Source: Deltaproteobacteria bacterium (GTDB lineage Bacteria > Myxococcota_A > Polyangia > Polyangiales > Houyiibacteriaceae). Taken from it: a stretch of 45,468 nucleotides of DNA. A program made the position numbers and the translations under genes. Positions 9,923 through 19,890 of this stretch are shown here, in pieces. The stretch is from the NCBI GenBank assembly GCA_034670305.1, contig JAXMNT010000060.1:1-45468 (forward strand), in the 5' to 3' direction. Every line of letters begins with the position of its first letter. Within the stretch, counting starts at the first letter, position 1. The notes under the pieces were generated by a model. It was not told the DNA's origin and ran no database searches. It was given only the letters and a program-made list of their open reading frames with translations.

Positions 9923-10486
9923 CTATTCGATGGTGAAGGTCTGCTCGCTGATCAGGGTGCCGTCGGCGGTGCGGACCTGCGCGGTCCATGCGCCGGGCTC
10001 GTCCGCGCCCTGGGTCCACGCCCAGGTGCGCCAGCGCCACACGTTGGCCGGCACCGAGAGCATGACGTGCCCGGTGCTGCGGCCATCCGGACCTTCGAAG
10101 GTCACGCTCAGCTCCTGCTCTGCGCCGCCGCGGTTGCGCAGCTCGAGGAACGCGAAGAGCCGCTCGCGGCTCGCGGCGAAGGTGTCGCTCGCGTCGACTG
10201 GCTCGCGGTCTTCGATCTCGCGGGTCAGCGCCAGCCGGTGCACGCTCAACGCGTCGGCCCGGTAGGTCGGCCGGGTCGGCGCGGGCGTGGGTGTCGGCTC
10301 CGCGGTCTGCACGCGCGGCGCCGGGGCGGCCTCCGGTGCGGCCTCTGCGACAGGCGCGGTCGGAGCCGCCGGTGCGGTGACGGCCGGGGCGTCCGCAGAG
10401 GCGGGCTCGGTGCAGGCGCTGCCAAGCGCCATCAGCGCGGAAAGGAGGAGCGTGGCGAGGAAGTTGTCTCGGGTGTGGGTGTTCAT
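9923..10486 (-). CDS. DUF2914-like lipoprotein
   Basis: Lipobox ALGSAC, Ala/Pro linker, and IEDREP...WRWRTW...GAW...G motifs. Confidence 0.7.
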   Translation of the reverse strand: MNTHTRDNFLATLLLSALMALGSACTEPASADAPAVTAPAAPTAPVAEAAPEAAPAPRVQTAEPTPTPAPTRPTYRADALSVHRLALTREIEDREPVDASDTFAASRERLFAFLELRNRGGAEQELSVTFEGPDGRSTGHVMLSVPANVWRWRTWAWTQGADEPGAWTAQVRTADGTLISEQTFTIE

Positions 10487-10540
10487 GGCGTTCTCGGTTG
10501 GTGTGGTGTGGGCTGGGGTGTTGATGTGTGCTGGCGCGAC

Positions 10541-11545
10541 TCAGCTGGTGGTGTCTTGGTCGGCGGCGGCGGCGCAGTAGGTCTCGGCTTCGGCGCGGAC
10601 GAGGGCCTGGCGCTCGGCCACGACGTCTTCATCGAGCGTCACGGTGGTGGCGCGCTGGCTCGGGCCGCCGGTGCGGCTCTGGTGGAAGACGCTCAGGTCC
10701 GGCGTCACGTCCCAGAGCTCCTCGTCCGTGTGGAGCAGTTCGCAGTTCCGGGTGCGGAGCTCTTCCATCATCGTCGGGAAGGCATCGACGACCCAGGGCT
10801 TGGTGTCGTGGAGCAGCACGATGCCGCCGGCGCCGCGGGGATGGCGTTCCCGCACATCGAGCGACTCGGAGAACGCCGCGGCGACCTCTTCGGCGGTGCG
10901 GCTCGAGACGTCCTTCGACGTGATGTTCCAGAGCACGTGGGTGTAGCCGCGAGCGGCGGTGATGGCGTCGACCCGTGCGTCGTGGGCACCGTAGGGCGCG
11001 CGGAAGAGGTAGGGGCGCGCGCCGAGGACTTCTTCGAAGATGGTCTCCGAGCGGGTCAGCTGGGCGAGCACCGCTTCGTCGTCGAGCGACGTGAGCCGGC
11101 TGTGGTCGTAGGTGTGGGCGCCGATGGTGTGGCCGCGGCGGGCGATGTCCCGAAGCACCTCGGCCTTGGCGCGGTCGGTGGCGTTCCGACCATCGAAGCC
11201 GCGCGCGACCACGAAGAAGGTGGCCTGCACGCCGTAGTGGTCGAGGTGCTCGAGCAGCCGCGGCGTGGTGTCGAGGCGCGGGCCGTCGTCGAACGTGAAG
11301 TGCAGGGTGCGGTGGCGGATGAAGCCGCGGGTCTCGCGGCCCTCGGCGAGGTCTGGGCGCAGCGGGCTGAGCTCGTCTTCGGTCCGTGTCTCGTCGGTCT
11401 CATCGGCGCCGTCTTCGACCACCTCCGTGTCGACCGCCGCGCCGCGTTCGGTGGTGAGCATGCCCACCACCGGCGCCTGCGCCATCGCGCTGCTCGTCAG
11501 CGCCACCAGAATCACAACCACCCAGCTCGTCTTGCGTCGTCCCAT
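10541..11545 (-). CDS. Polysaccharide deacetylase (CE4/NodB)
   Basis: TFDDGP, HTYDH, FRAPYG and IVLLHD motifs, with an N-terminal signal peptide. Confidence 0.9.
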   Translation of the reverse strand: MGRRKTSWVVVILVALTSSAMAQAPVVGMLTTERGAAVDTEVVEDGADETDETRTEDELSPLRPDLAEGRETRGFIRHRTLHFTFDDGPRLDTTPRLLEHLDHYGVQATFFVVARGFDGRNATDRAKAEVLRDIARRGHTIGAHTYDHSRLTSLDDEAVLAQLTRSETIFEEVLGARPYLFRAPYGAHDARVDAITAARGYTHVLWNITSKDVSSRTAEEVAAAFSESLDVRERHPRGAGGIVLLHDTKPWVVDAFPTMMEELRTRNCELLHTDEELWDVTPDLSVFHQSRTGGPSQRATTVTLDEDVVAERQALVRAEAETYCAAAADQDTTS

Positions 11546-11560
11546 CGTGTGGGAGTGCAT

Positions 11561-11576
11561 CGCAGGGTCTGTGCCC
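11561..11576 (-). promoter_or_regulatory. Candidate sigma54 promoter for the deacetylase
   Basis: The minus strand reads GGGCAC-AGACC-CTGCG (GG-N10-GC). A palindrome GGACAC-N5-GTGTCC lies about 100 bp upstream (11663-11679). Confidence 0.4.
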
Positions 11577-11714
11577 AGCCGTGTTTTGGTCACAAACCCC
11601 GGCGAAACGGAGATCTACGCGTGTGGTGTCGTGTGGGCGCAGCGACGCGACCGAGTCTCGAGGGACACATTCCGTGTCCTTCGCCCGGCGGCTTGGCTGG
11701 TATGGTTCGGCCGA

Positions 11715-12932
11715 ATGCCCTCGGTCATCTCGCGGATCAGACATGGCGCGGCCTCCTCTCCTCCCCCGCCGAAGACCGGGCACTGGTGGGACACGCTGCC
11801 GAAGGACTTCGCCTCGACCCAGGAGCAGTTCGATCTCTCTCCGGCCGACCGCCGGGCCATCCGGGCCACCGCCGCCACCGACGTGGCGATTCGTACCGGC
11901 GGCGCCTTCATGGTGGGCGGGCTCGCGCTTCCGGTCGGCTTCCGCCCCAAAGAGGCGCGGCGCGCGTTCGAAGACACGTCGCTCTACCTTCCCTTCGCCG
12001 AAGCCGGCGACGCGGGCCAATACTTCCAGAAGCCGCCGAGCGGCGTTCGGGTCCGGGCCAAGAAGGCCAACTGGTTCCCGCGCTTCAAGCCGACCGACGG
12101 GGTGTGCGAAGAGCTGACCTTCGACAGCCCTTTCATGCCGCGCAACCGCCGGCTGCACGAGCGCTACCTCAAACACGGGCCGAACCGCACCGCGCACGCG
12201 CACTACTGGCGGCACGACCACGGACCGCGCCCCACCATCGTCGCCGTCCACGGGTTCAGCGCGGATCTGTACCTGGTCAACGAGTGGTTCTTCGCGCTGC
12301 CCTGGTTCTACCGGATGGGCTGCGACGTACTGCTCTACACGCTCCCTTTCCACGGACCGCGCCGCTCGCGCTTCTCCCCGTTCAGTGGGCACGGCTACTT
12401 CGCTGGCGGCCCGGCGCACATCAACGAAGCGGTCGCCCAGTCGGTCTTGGACTTCCGGATCTTCTTCGACTGGCTTCAGAAGGAGCGCGGCGTCGAGCAG
12501 CTCGGCGTGACCGGCGTGAGTCTCGGTGGGTTCACGAGCGCGCTGCTCGCGTGCGCCGAACCCCGCCTCGCGTTCGCAGTCCCGAACGTGCCGGTCGTGT
12601 CGATCCCGGATCTGGTGATGGAGTGGGAGCCGATCGGCACCGCGGTCCGCCGCGGTCTCCGGATGATGGGCAAAGACATCGTCGACGTGCGCAAGCTGCT
12701 CGCCGTCAGCACGCCGCTGACCTTCCCGGCGGCCATCGACAAAGAGCGGCTGATGATCGTCGGCGGGGTCGGCGACCGGCTCGCGCCCCCGAAACACTCG
12801 CGCGTGTTGTGGGACCACTGGGACCGATGTGCGCTGCACTGGTTCCGAGGCAGCCACCTCTTGCACCTCGACCGCGGCCACTACCTCGAAGAGCTCGCCC
12901 GATTCCTTCACGGCATCGAGTTTCTTCCCTGA
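11715..12932 (+). CDS. Alpha/beta hydrolase (ABHD18/DUF2048-like)
   Basis: VHGF, LPFHGPR, GVSLGG nucleophile elbow, GDRL and GSH catalytic positions. Confidence 0.8.
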   Translation: MPSVISRIRHGAASSPPPPKTGHWWDTLPKDFASTQEQFDLSPADRRAIRATAATDVAIRTGGAFMVGGLALPVGFRPKEARRAFEDTSLYLPFAEAGDAGQYFQKPPSGVRVRAKKANWFPRFKPTDGVCEELTFDSPFMPRNRRLHERYLKHGPNRTAHAHYWRHDHGPRPTIVAVHGFSADLYLVNEWFFALPWFYRMGCDVLLYTLPFHGPRRSRFSPFSGHGYFAGGPAHINEAVAQSVLDFRIFFDWLQKERGVEQLGVTGVSLGGFTSALLACAEPRLAFAVPNVPVVSIPDLVMEWEPIGTAVRRGLRMMGKDIVDVRKLLAVSTPLTFPAAIDKERLMIVGGVGDRLAPPKHSRVLWDHWDRCALHWFRGSHLLHLDRGHYLEELARFLHGIEFLP

Positions 12933-13165
12933 CACGACGGGCCTGGCCCGCTTCGCGGGACTGGGATGGATCCCGCTCCGAGTTCGTGGCGGGGCTCCTC
13001 GAACCCGACGACTGACATCCGTGTCCGGGGGCGCGCGATGCAGGCGTGCCAGTGCGTGCCGCGCCGCCCGACTTCGGGGCGCACGCGCACGATCGGCGGG
13101 TTGGGACCGGTCCTTCGCAATCTCTGTTCCACCGGTAAGCCCAGAGATCACACGTCAATTCGACT

Positions 13166-13181
13166 TGGCCTGAGAGTTGCT
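13166..13181 (+). promoter_or_regulatory. Sigma54 promoter upstream of the DUF2330 gene
   Basis: TGGCCT-GAGAG-TTGCT matches TGGCAC-N5-TTGCW spacing, about 55 bp before ATG 13235. Confidence 0.6.
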
Positions 13182-13234
13182 CTGTCCCGGCCTGGTGGAC
13201 CGCGTCGGATCGGCGCGAGAACGGACGAGCGAAG

Positions 13235-14887
13235 ATGAAACATTGGATGAGTGTGGCGGCATTGGCCGCGATGGGTTCCAGCCTCACCCCGACGGCCACG
13301 GCCGAAGCGTGTGGCGGGTTCTTCTGCGGGCAGCAGCCGGTCGATCAGACAGCCGAGCGGGTCGTGTTCGCGGTGGATCGCGAGAACAACACCACCGACA
13401 TGATCGTGCAGATCAGCTACCAGGGCGCGGCGTCGAACTTCGCCTGGGTGGTGCCGCTCGGTTCGGTGCCGCTCGAGGGCAGCCTCGACACCTTCCCGCA
13501 GGCCGCGCTTCAGGCGCTCGACGCCAACTCGTCGCCCCAGGTCTTCGGGGGAGGTGGCTGGTGCTTCGACGCGGCCGCTGGTGCACCCACCGACGACCGC
13601 GAAGGCGAAGTGACCGTCCACATCCGTGAGGACGTCGGCCCCTACGACGTGGCCGTCATCGAGTCGGACGATTCGGGCGCGCTCGTGACCTGGCTGCGCG
13701 ACAACGGCTTTCGGGTGACCGCCCCCATGGAGCCCTACGTCGCCGAGTACGCCTCCCGCGGCATGAAGTTCCTCGCGCTGCGGCTGCAGCCGGAGTCGAA
13801 GGTCAGCGACATCGCGCCCTTCCGCATGACGCTGCCGGGCACCTCCCCGAGCGTGCCGCTCAAGATGACCGCGCTCGCCGCGGAGCCCGAGATGGGCATC
13901 GTCGTGTTCGTGCTCGGCGCGCAGCGCTACGAAGGCGCGAACTGGCCGAACCTCGAGATCCCCACCGACGAGCTCACCTACGACTGGCGCACCGGCCGGA
14001 ACAACTGGACCACCGCCGTGGCACGCGCGGTCGACCGCGCGGGTGGCCAAGGCTGGGTCACCGACACTGCGAGCTCCACCGAGAACTACATCTCGCGGCT
14101 CGAAGCGACTTCGCCCGTCGACGAAGACCAAGCCGAAGCGGTGGACGCCCTGCTCGCGCTCATGCGCCCGCACGCATACATCTCCCGGATGTACACCCGG
14201 CTCAGCGCCGAAGAGATGACCTCCGACCCGATCTTCCGCCGCTCCGCCGGTGGAGACGTCGAGCGCTGGCGCATGATCCCGCCCGAAGAGGGCACCGACA
14301 GCTGCGGCGGCTGGGGTGGCGATGCCGCGGCGGTCTCGCCGTGTGAGTTCGTCGCCTGTGGCGCTGGCGGCCGATGCGCGGAGGTCCGTGTCGGCAGCGA
14401 CGTCGTCGCCGGCTGCGCGTGTGTGCCCGGCGCGACTGCGCGGACCACCGTCGGACCGAGCGGTGAGAGCACGGTCGCGTGTCAGGACATGCGCATGAGC
14501 TTCTTGAACCCTGGCGACCGAGAGACCCCGGACTCGACCCCGCTGCCCGATCCCTGCGTCGGCTTCGACTGCGGCGCGGGCAGCTGCGTGGCGATGAACA
14601 TGACGCCGACCTGTGTGTGTGATCGCGGCCGAGTCGCGATCGGTTCCATCTCCGAAGAGGGCGTGCGCTCCACCGAGTGTGTGCGACCCCGGGAGATCAT
14701 CCCGAGCGCGTTCTACAACGCACGTCTTCCCGACCGTCCGCTCGACCTTCCGCCCGGCCGCGACGTCGACGTGCCTCCGCCGGTGATCCTCGCCGGTGGC
14801 GGTGGTTGCAGCACCTCCGGTGCGGGTTCGCAGGCGGGCTTCTTCGCGATGCTCGGCCTGGCGCTCGTCGCCCGGCGCCGGCGCTAG
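13235..14887 (+). CDS. DUF2330 domain protein with Cys-rich region and MYXO-CTERM
   Basis: ACGGFFC..VDQ.AERV, FAWVVP, VGPYD and WL.DNG motifs, with the C-terminal tail GGGC...LGLALVARRRR. Confidence 0.85.
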   Translation: MKHWMSVAALAAMGSSLTPTATAEACGGFFCGQQPVDQTAERVVFAVDRENNTTDMIVQISYQGAASNFAWVVPLGSVPLEGSLDTFPQAALQALDANSSPQVFGGGGWCFDAAAGAPTDDREGEVTVHIREDVGPYDVAVIESDDSGALVTWLRDNGFRVTAPMEPYVAEYASRGMKFLALRLQPESKVSDIAPFRMTLPGTSPSVPLKMTALAAEPEMGIVVFVLGAQRYEGANWPNLEIPTDELTYDWRTGRNNWTTAVARAVDRAGGQGWVTDTASSTENYISRLEATSPVDEDQAEAVDALLALMRPHAYISRMYTRLSAEEMTSDPIFRRSAGGDVERWRMIPPEEGTDSCGGWGGDAAAVSPCEFVACGAGGRCAEVRVGSDVVAGCACVPGATARTTVGPSGESTVACQDMRMSFLNPGDRETPDSTPLPDPCVGFDCGAGSCVAMNMTPTCVCDRGRVAIGSISEEGVRSTECVRPREIIPSAFYNARLPDRPLDLPPGRDVDVPPPVILAGGGGCSTSGAGSQAGFFAMLGLALVARRRR

Positions 14888-14892
14888 TCTCC

Positions 14893-15390
14893 ATGCGCGG
14901 GTCGCACACACGCTCGGGCATCGGCGGGGTCTTGCTCTGTCTGGTCCTCTGCGCGTGCGGCGACCCGCTGCCGCCGCCCGAGCTCACCCTGGAGCTCGGC
15001 ACCGGCGAGTCGATGTTCGAGCCGCTCACCGACGAGCAAGAAGTACCGCTCGTGGCCGGGCCGCAGGGAGGCCACCACGTGTGGCTCAGCTTGCGGGTGG
15101 GTGGCTTGTCGCAGGGCGAGAACGACCACGTGTTGCTCGACCTCGACATGGTCCTGCTCAACGACACCGAGCCGCCGCCCCGGCGTGCTCCCGTGCGCCT
15201 CTTGATGTCCCCCGACGAGGACGGCCACCTCTACATCGGGTGGCCGGCCCAGCTGGAAGCGCCCGAGTGCGCAGTGGGCGAGCGGATGTCGATCCGCGCG
15301 ACGATCACCTCGACCGATGGACGCATGACGATGGACGAACGCATCGTGGTGCCGCTCGACGATCCGCTGCTCGACGTGTGCGACGCGTAG
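14893..15390 (+). CDS. Hypothetical lipoprotein
   Basis: Lipobox LVLCAC and the LGTG...GPQGGHHVW motif typical of myxobacterial lipoproteins. Confidence 0.7.
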   Translation: MRGSHTRSGIGGVLLCLVLCACGDPLPPPELTLELGTGESMFEPLTDEQEVPLVAGPQGGHHVWLSLRVGGLSQGENDHVLLDLDMVLLNDTEPPPRRAPVRLLMSPDEDGHLYIGWPAQLEAPECAVGERMSIRATITSTDGRMTMDERIVVPLDDPLLDVCDA

Positions 15391-15466
15391 AAGGCCTCTC
15401 GCGTTCGTCGCTCGCCGCGCTTCGCGCTTCGCGCTTCGTGGCCGGTCCGTGGCATGATGGGGTGGG

Positions 15467-17155
15467 ATGGGGAAGCTCGGCGGCGCCACAAGAAGTTCGT
15501 CTGCGCGCGCAACGCGCGGGATCGGGTACCTGGTGCTGCTGGTCTCGAGCGCGATGGGCGCCGTCGCGTGCGGCGGCTCCGAGACCGAGACGCTGACGAC
15601 CGTCATCCTCGAGCCCGACGCGCGCATCCGCGAACAGATGGCCCGGCTCAGCTTGAAGGTCTGGAACACGGAGGGTGTGCTCGAGACCTTCGGCTCCTCT
15701 GACCCCGCGGTGATTCGGCGTGCGACGCGGCTGGATCTCACGCCCGAGCCAGGGACCGATCCCGCGACCCGCCGGTGGCTCGTGGAAGCCGAGTACTTCG
15801 GCGACGACGACACGCTCCTCGGCGTGGCCCGTGCGACCGGTGGCTACGTCGCCGGCGCGCGTCGCGAGGTGCGCCTGTGCACGACGCTCTCGTGTTTCGG
15901 AGTGGCGTGCGACGGGACCGGATGTTCCTCCTCCTCGTCCGACGCCGGTTCGCCCGACGGCGACTCGGCCGACGCCGGGCCACCGGGCGCGTGCACGAGC
16001 TGCGACGAGGGGGTGTGTGCGCGGATCGAGGACGAGGTGCTTCACCTGCCCGGAGGTGCGCCGACGTGTCCGATGGATTGTTTCGCGAGCGAACCCGGCG
16101 CCGAGCGCACGTGCGACAACGCAGTCGACGACGATTGCGACGGCCTCTTCAACTGCGAGGACGACGACTGCGATGGGCGCACCTGCGGCGCGGGCCTCGT
16201 GTGTCGCCGGGACGCCGTGACCGATGGCGAGTGCGTGTGTGACCCGACCGGCACGGAAGACTGCACAAACGGCATCGACGACGATTGCAACGGGCTGACC
16301 GACTGCGCCGATCGCGCGGTCTGTCCCATGGGCACCGCTTGCGGCATCGGTGAACTCGCCTGCAACGCCGCGGGCCTGTGCGAGTGTTCGACCGGCGCGC
16401 TCCCGTCGGCCGAGGTCTGCGCGGACGGTGTCGACAACGACTGCGACGGGGACACAGACTGCGCCGACTCGGACTGCGAGGGCCGCGCGTGCCAAGACGG
16501 CGCGCCCGCGGCGCTGTGCACCTCCGGCGTGTGCCGGTGCGCCGCGGGCGTACCGAGCGTGGAGCTGTGCCACGACATGCTCGACAACGACTGCGACACC
16601 GCGCTCGACTGCGGAGACCCGGAGTGCGTGCGCGGGCGGGAGACGAACTGCACCGACACCCGAGACGACGACTGCGACGGGCTGCGCAACTGCGAGGACA
16701 CCGCGGATTGCAACAACGCCAACATCGCCGAGATCTGCGGCAACGGTCTGGACGACGACTGCGATGACCACACCGACTGCGAAGACCGTGAGTGCTGTGG
16801 CGTGGATCCGATGTGCAACGGCCGACAGATCGAGGGCCTCACCCACACCGCTTGCTGTGGTGGCGTCATGACCAACCTCGCGGACAACGACGACCACTGC
16901 GGCGCGTGCGGCATGGACTGCCAGAACGAGTTCCCCTGTCTCCGCGTGCCCGGGCTCACGCAGGAACGCTACCACTGCGGCTGCGACCGAGGTGTCGGGC
17001 CGGCCCCTCGCTGTCCCAGCGGCCAACAGTGTCTCGAACGGAATGGGCGTGAGCGTTGCCAATGCGAGAGCATCGACGACTGCCGGACTCCCGGCACCTC
17101 GAACTCCAGGTGCAACCGCAACCCTGACGACAACCACAACTACTGCGAGTTCTGA
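15467..17155 (+). CDS. Cys-rich lipoprotein with repeated DxDCDG putative metal-binding motifs
   Basis: Lipobox AVAC, six C.(N/D)..D.DCD/N...C.D..C repeats, and DDHCGACG. Confidence 0.75.
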   Translation: MGKLGGATRSSSARATRGIGYLVLLVSSAMGAVACGGSETETLTTVILEPDARIREQMARLSLKVWNTEGVLETFGSSDPAVIRRATRLDLTPEPGTDPATRRWLVEAEYFGDDDTLLGVARATGGYVAGARREVRLCTTLSCFGVACDGTGCSSSSSDAGSPDGDSADAGPPGACTSCDEGVCARIEDEVLHLPGGAPTCPMDCFASEPGAERTCDNAVDDDCDGLFNCEDDDCDGRTCGAGLVCRRDAVTDGECVCDPTGTEDCTNGIDDDCNGLTDCADRAVCPMGTACGIGELACNAAGLCECSTGALPSAEVCADGVDNDCDGDTDCADSDCEGRACQDGAPAALCTSGVCRCAAGVPSVELCHDMLDNDCDTALDCGDPECVRGRETNCTDTRDDDCDGLRNCEDTADCNNANIAEICGNGLDDDCDDHTDCEDRECCGVDPMCNGRQIEGLTHTACCGGVMTNLADNDDHCGACGMDCQNEFPCLRVPGLTQERYHCGCDRGVGPAPRCPSGQQCLERNGRERCQCESIDDCRTPGTSNSRCNRNPDDNHNYCEF

Positions 17156-17208
17156 ACCGCGCCGACGGGGTAAGAGACCACCACGCAGCGGCGCGGCATC
17201 GTGGAGCC

Positions 17209-19110
17209 ATGGAGCACACGATGGCCAAGACGCAGGCGACAACGTTTCCCTTGCGCACGTCCCCTCGGCGCACGGCGCCTACCATTCCGTTGCTGCTTCT
17301 TCTCGGCGTAGCGGGCTGCACCAACGTGCTCGCCTACGACGACGACGGGGAAGCGCCGTCTTTCGGGCCCGATGGCATCGAAGCCGACGAGACCGAACAC
17401 GACGTCGACCTCACGGCGCTCGAAGCGGAGGAGGTCGAGGACCTGTACGAAGCCACCCTCGCCGATCCAGAAGGCGGCACGATCCCCGAAGGCGCGGGCG
17501 GCGGCGGCAGCGCACGCCCGAAGAGCGACTTCGTCTACTGGGATGGTGGCAACCTGCGCTACCGCCGCAGCAGCCGCGGCGACCGCATCCTGGACTTCTC
17601 ACATGCGGGCTACGGCGGCGGCGGCGTGCGACTGCCCCGCACCGCGGGTTTGCGCTCAGTGCGGGTCCGGCCGAGCGGCGGCGACGACTGCCGCGCGATC
17701 CAGAACGCGATCGACGAAGTCGGAGGTTGGCCGAAGGACGACCGCGGCATGCGCGGCGTCGTCCAGTTGGCCGCGGGCCGCTTCCAGGTGCGCGGGGGCT
17801 ACCTCTCCGACGGAGACACCTGCAATCGGCTCCGTCTGACCCGCAGCGGGGTGGTGTTGCGCGGCGAAGGTTCCGGTCCAGACGGCACCCACCTCGTCGC
17901 GACGCGTGTGGGCGGCGTCGACCCCGACGAAGGTTCCGACCGGCAACGACTCGTGATTCAGGTCGGCGGCCCCGGGTCTGCCGAGTTGATCGGCGGCACG
18001 CGGCAGGAGATCGAGGCGCGGGTCGCGACCGGTTCGCGCCACATCCAGGTCGCCGATCCGGGCGCCTATCGCGTGGGGCAGCGGGTGCTCGTGCGACGCC
18101 GAACGACGCGCGACTGGATTGACCAGATCGGCATGGACAGCTGCGGCAGTACCGGCGGCGCCAACGACCGCTCCGACGACCCGGGGCTCACTTGCTTGCC
18201 AGGCAGCGAGGACTGGTATCCCTGGGTCGGACGCAAGACCATGGACTGGCACCGCCGCATCGCGCGGATCGACCTCGCGGAAGGCCGGGTGGTGCTCGAC
18301 GCCCCCATCACCATGGAGATCGCCCACCGCTTCGGGGGCGGGTTCATTCAGCGCTACACCCGCAACCGAGTGCAGCACGTGGGCATCGAACGGCTGCGCG
18401 GCATCGCGCAGGTGGACCACGGCCGCCCCGACCAGGGCGCGTGGAACTTCATTCACGTGCGCAACACCGAAGACGGCTGGATCCGAAACGTCGTCGCCGA
18501 GAGGTTCGTGCACAGCACCGTGACGCTTCGCCAGGGCACCTCGCGGTTCACCGTGCAGGACAGCGCGTACGTGGATCCGGTCTCGGTGGTCGGTGGTGGC
18601 CGTCGCTACGCCTTCGACATCGACAGCGCAGAGCAAGTGCTGGTGCAGCGGTGTCGATCCGAGCGGGCGCGGCACGCCTTCGTGGTCGGGAGCCTCACGT
18701 CGGGTCCGAACGTCTTCCTGGACTGCAAAGCGACCCAGTCGCTCTCGAGTTCGGAGACGCACAACGCGTTCTCCACGGGCGTGCTCTACGACAACGTGCG
18801 GGACTTCGCGGACGTCGCGAACACCAACTGGAAATCGCGCGGCATCACGCTGCACAACGAGAGCCGCTGGTTGACCACCGACCACGGGTGGAGCGCAGGC
18901 AACTCCGTGATGTGGAACGCGCGGGCCACGCGCATTCGGGTGGAGAGCCCGCCGAGCGCGACCAACTGGTGCGTCGGATGCCGCGCAGGGGTCACCGGAG
19001 GACAGGCCGAGTGGGACCGACTCGGCACGTTCGTCCGGCCGCACAGCCTGTACCTGGCCCAGCTGCGCAACCGACTTGGACCGAACGCGGTCCGCAACAT
19101 CACGGAGTAG
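17209..19110 (+). CDS. Pectin-lyase-like beta-helix lipoprotein (putative polysaccharide lyase)
   Basis: Lipobox GVAGC, with DFSHAGYGGG, AIQNAID, SGVVLRGEG, RRYAF, LYDNV, HGWS and SLYLAQL..RL motifs. The start could be 17221. Confidence 0.7.
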   Translation: MEHTMAKTQATTFPLRTSPRRTAPTIPLLLLLGVAGCTNVLAYDDDGEAPSFGPDGIEADETEHDVDLTALEAEEVEDLYEATLADPEGGTIPEGAGGGGSARPKSDFVYWDGGNLRYRRSSRGDRILDFSHAGYGGGGVRLPRTAGLRSVRVRPSGGDDCRAIQNAIDEVGGWPKDDRGMRGVVQLAAGRFQVRGGYLSDGDTCNRLRLTRSGVVLRGEGSGPDGTHLVATRVGGVDPDEGSDRQRLVIQVGGPGSAELIGGTRQEIEARVATGSRHIQVADPGAYRVGQRVLVRRRTTRDWIDQIGMDSCGSTGGANDRSDDPGLTCLPGSEDWYPWVGRKTMDWHRRIARIDLAEGRVVLDAPITMEIAHRFGGGFIQRYTRNRVQHVGIERLRGIAQVDHGRPDQGAWNFIHVRNTEDGWIRNVVAERFVHSTVTLRQGTSRFTVQDSAYVDPVSVVGGGRRYAFDIDSAEQVLVQRCRSERARHAFVVGSLTSGPNVFLDCKATQSLSSSETHNAFSTGVLYDNVRDFADVANTNWKSRGITLHNESRWLTTDHGWSAGNSVMWNARATRIRVESPPSATNWCVGCRAGVTGGQAEWDRLGTFVRPHSLYLAQLRNRLGPNAVRNITE

Positions 19111-19164
19111 GCTGCGCGCCCGCCGGCGGCGAGAACCGTCGCAGATGCCCGAATACAGTTGCTG

Positions 19165-19890
19165 CTAGAACGTCACCAGTGCGCCGGTGGACGAGAGGGT
19201 CTGGGCGGTGAAGTCCGGCGGTTGCTCCGACGGTCCGCTGTTTCGCAGCGCGAGGCCGACACCGATCGCCGCACCGGCCAAGACCAGACCGCCCGCCAAG
19301 AGGGCAGCGATCCAAATCCGTCGGCGTTTCGTGTCCGCGGCCGACACGACCTGCAGGACAAGAGAGAGCCGCTCGCGGCGGTCGAGATCGAGGGCCCGCT
19401 CTTCGCCTTCGTGTTCGGGCGCCTCCACCCGCAGCACGTGGCGGCCAGGATCCAGTTGGCGGGTGACCGACTCTCCGTCCTCGACGGCTTGAGCTTCTCC
19501 ATCGATCACCAGTCGGATCTCGGGCGCCCCTTGCACGGTGAGCTCCACCACCGGGATCTCCGCCCACAGCGACTCGCACAGTCGCTCCACTTGAACCCGG
19601 CGGTCTCCGAGCTCGCCGAAATCGTCGTCCAGCAATCGATGGCACAGACCCGACGCCGCCAACAGCTCGTTGAGATCGGTCAGGGTCATCATCAGGTTGA
19701 ACCCGGTCCCCGGATGCGGGTTGAGATCCAGCGACGCTTCGAGTGCGACCCGCGCCTCCGGCAACCGACCCTCTTGCAGTGCGGTGGTGCCCTCGCGAAA
19801 CAGCCGCTCGGCGTCGCTGCTCTGCGCGCTCACGGGCACCGCCAGGAGCGCCGTCGCAACGCACGCGATGAGTGTCAGTACTCGGTCCAT
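19165..19890 (-). CDS. TPR + PEGA-like domain protein with C-terminal TM helix
   Basis: Signal peptide, AERLFREG...A...LEASL.L.PHP TPR motif, IDG...LDPGRHVLRV PEGA motif, then a TM helix. Confidence 0.75.
   Translation of the reverse strand: MDRVLTLIACVATALLAVPVSAQSSDAERLFREGTTALQEGRLPEARVALEASLDLNPHPGTGFNLMMTLTDLNELLAASGLCHRLLDDDFGELGDRRVQVERLCESLWAEIPVVELTVQGAPEIRLVIDGEAQAVEDGESVTRQLDPGRHVLRVEAPEHEGEERALDLDRRERLSLVLQVVSAADTKRRRIWIAALLAGGLVLAGAAIGVGLALRNSGPSEQPPDFTAQTLSSTGALVTF

Noticed and set aside
10067-13015. Very long alternative-frame ORFs (e.g. 10067-13015, 41690-44005, 29617-31545, 7522-9480)
   Set aside because: These are Arg/Ala/Gly-rich shadow ORFs overlapping genes with clear motifs, as expected in high-GC DNA.
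15415-15437. GCGCTTC x3 heptamer
   Set aside because: It is too short to support a function.
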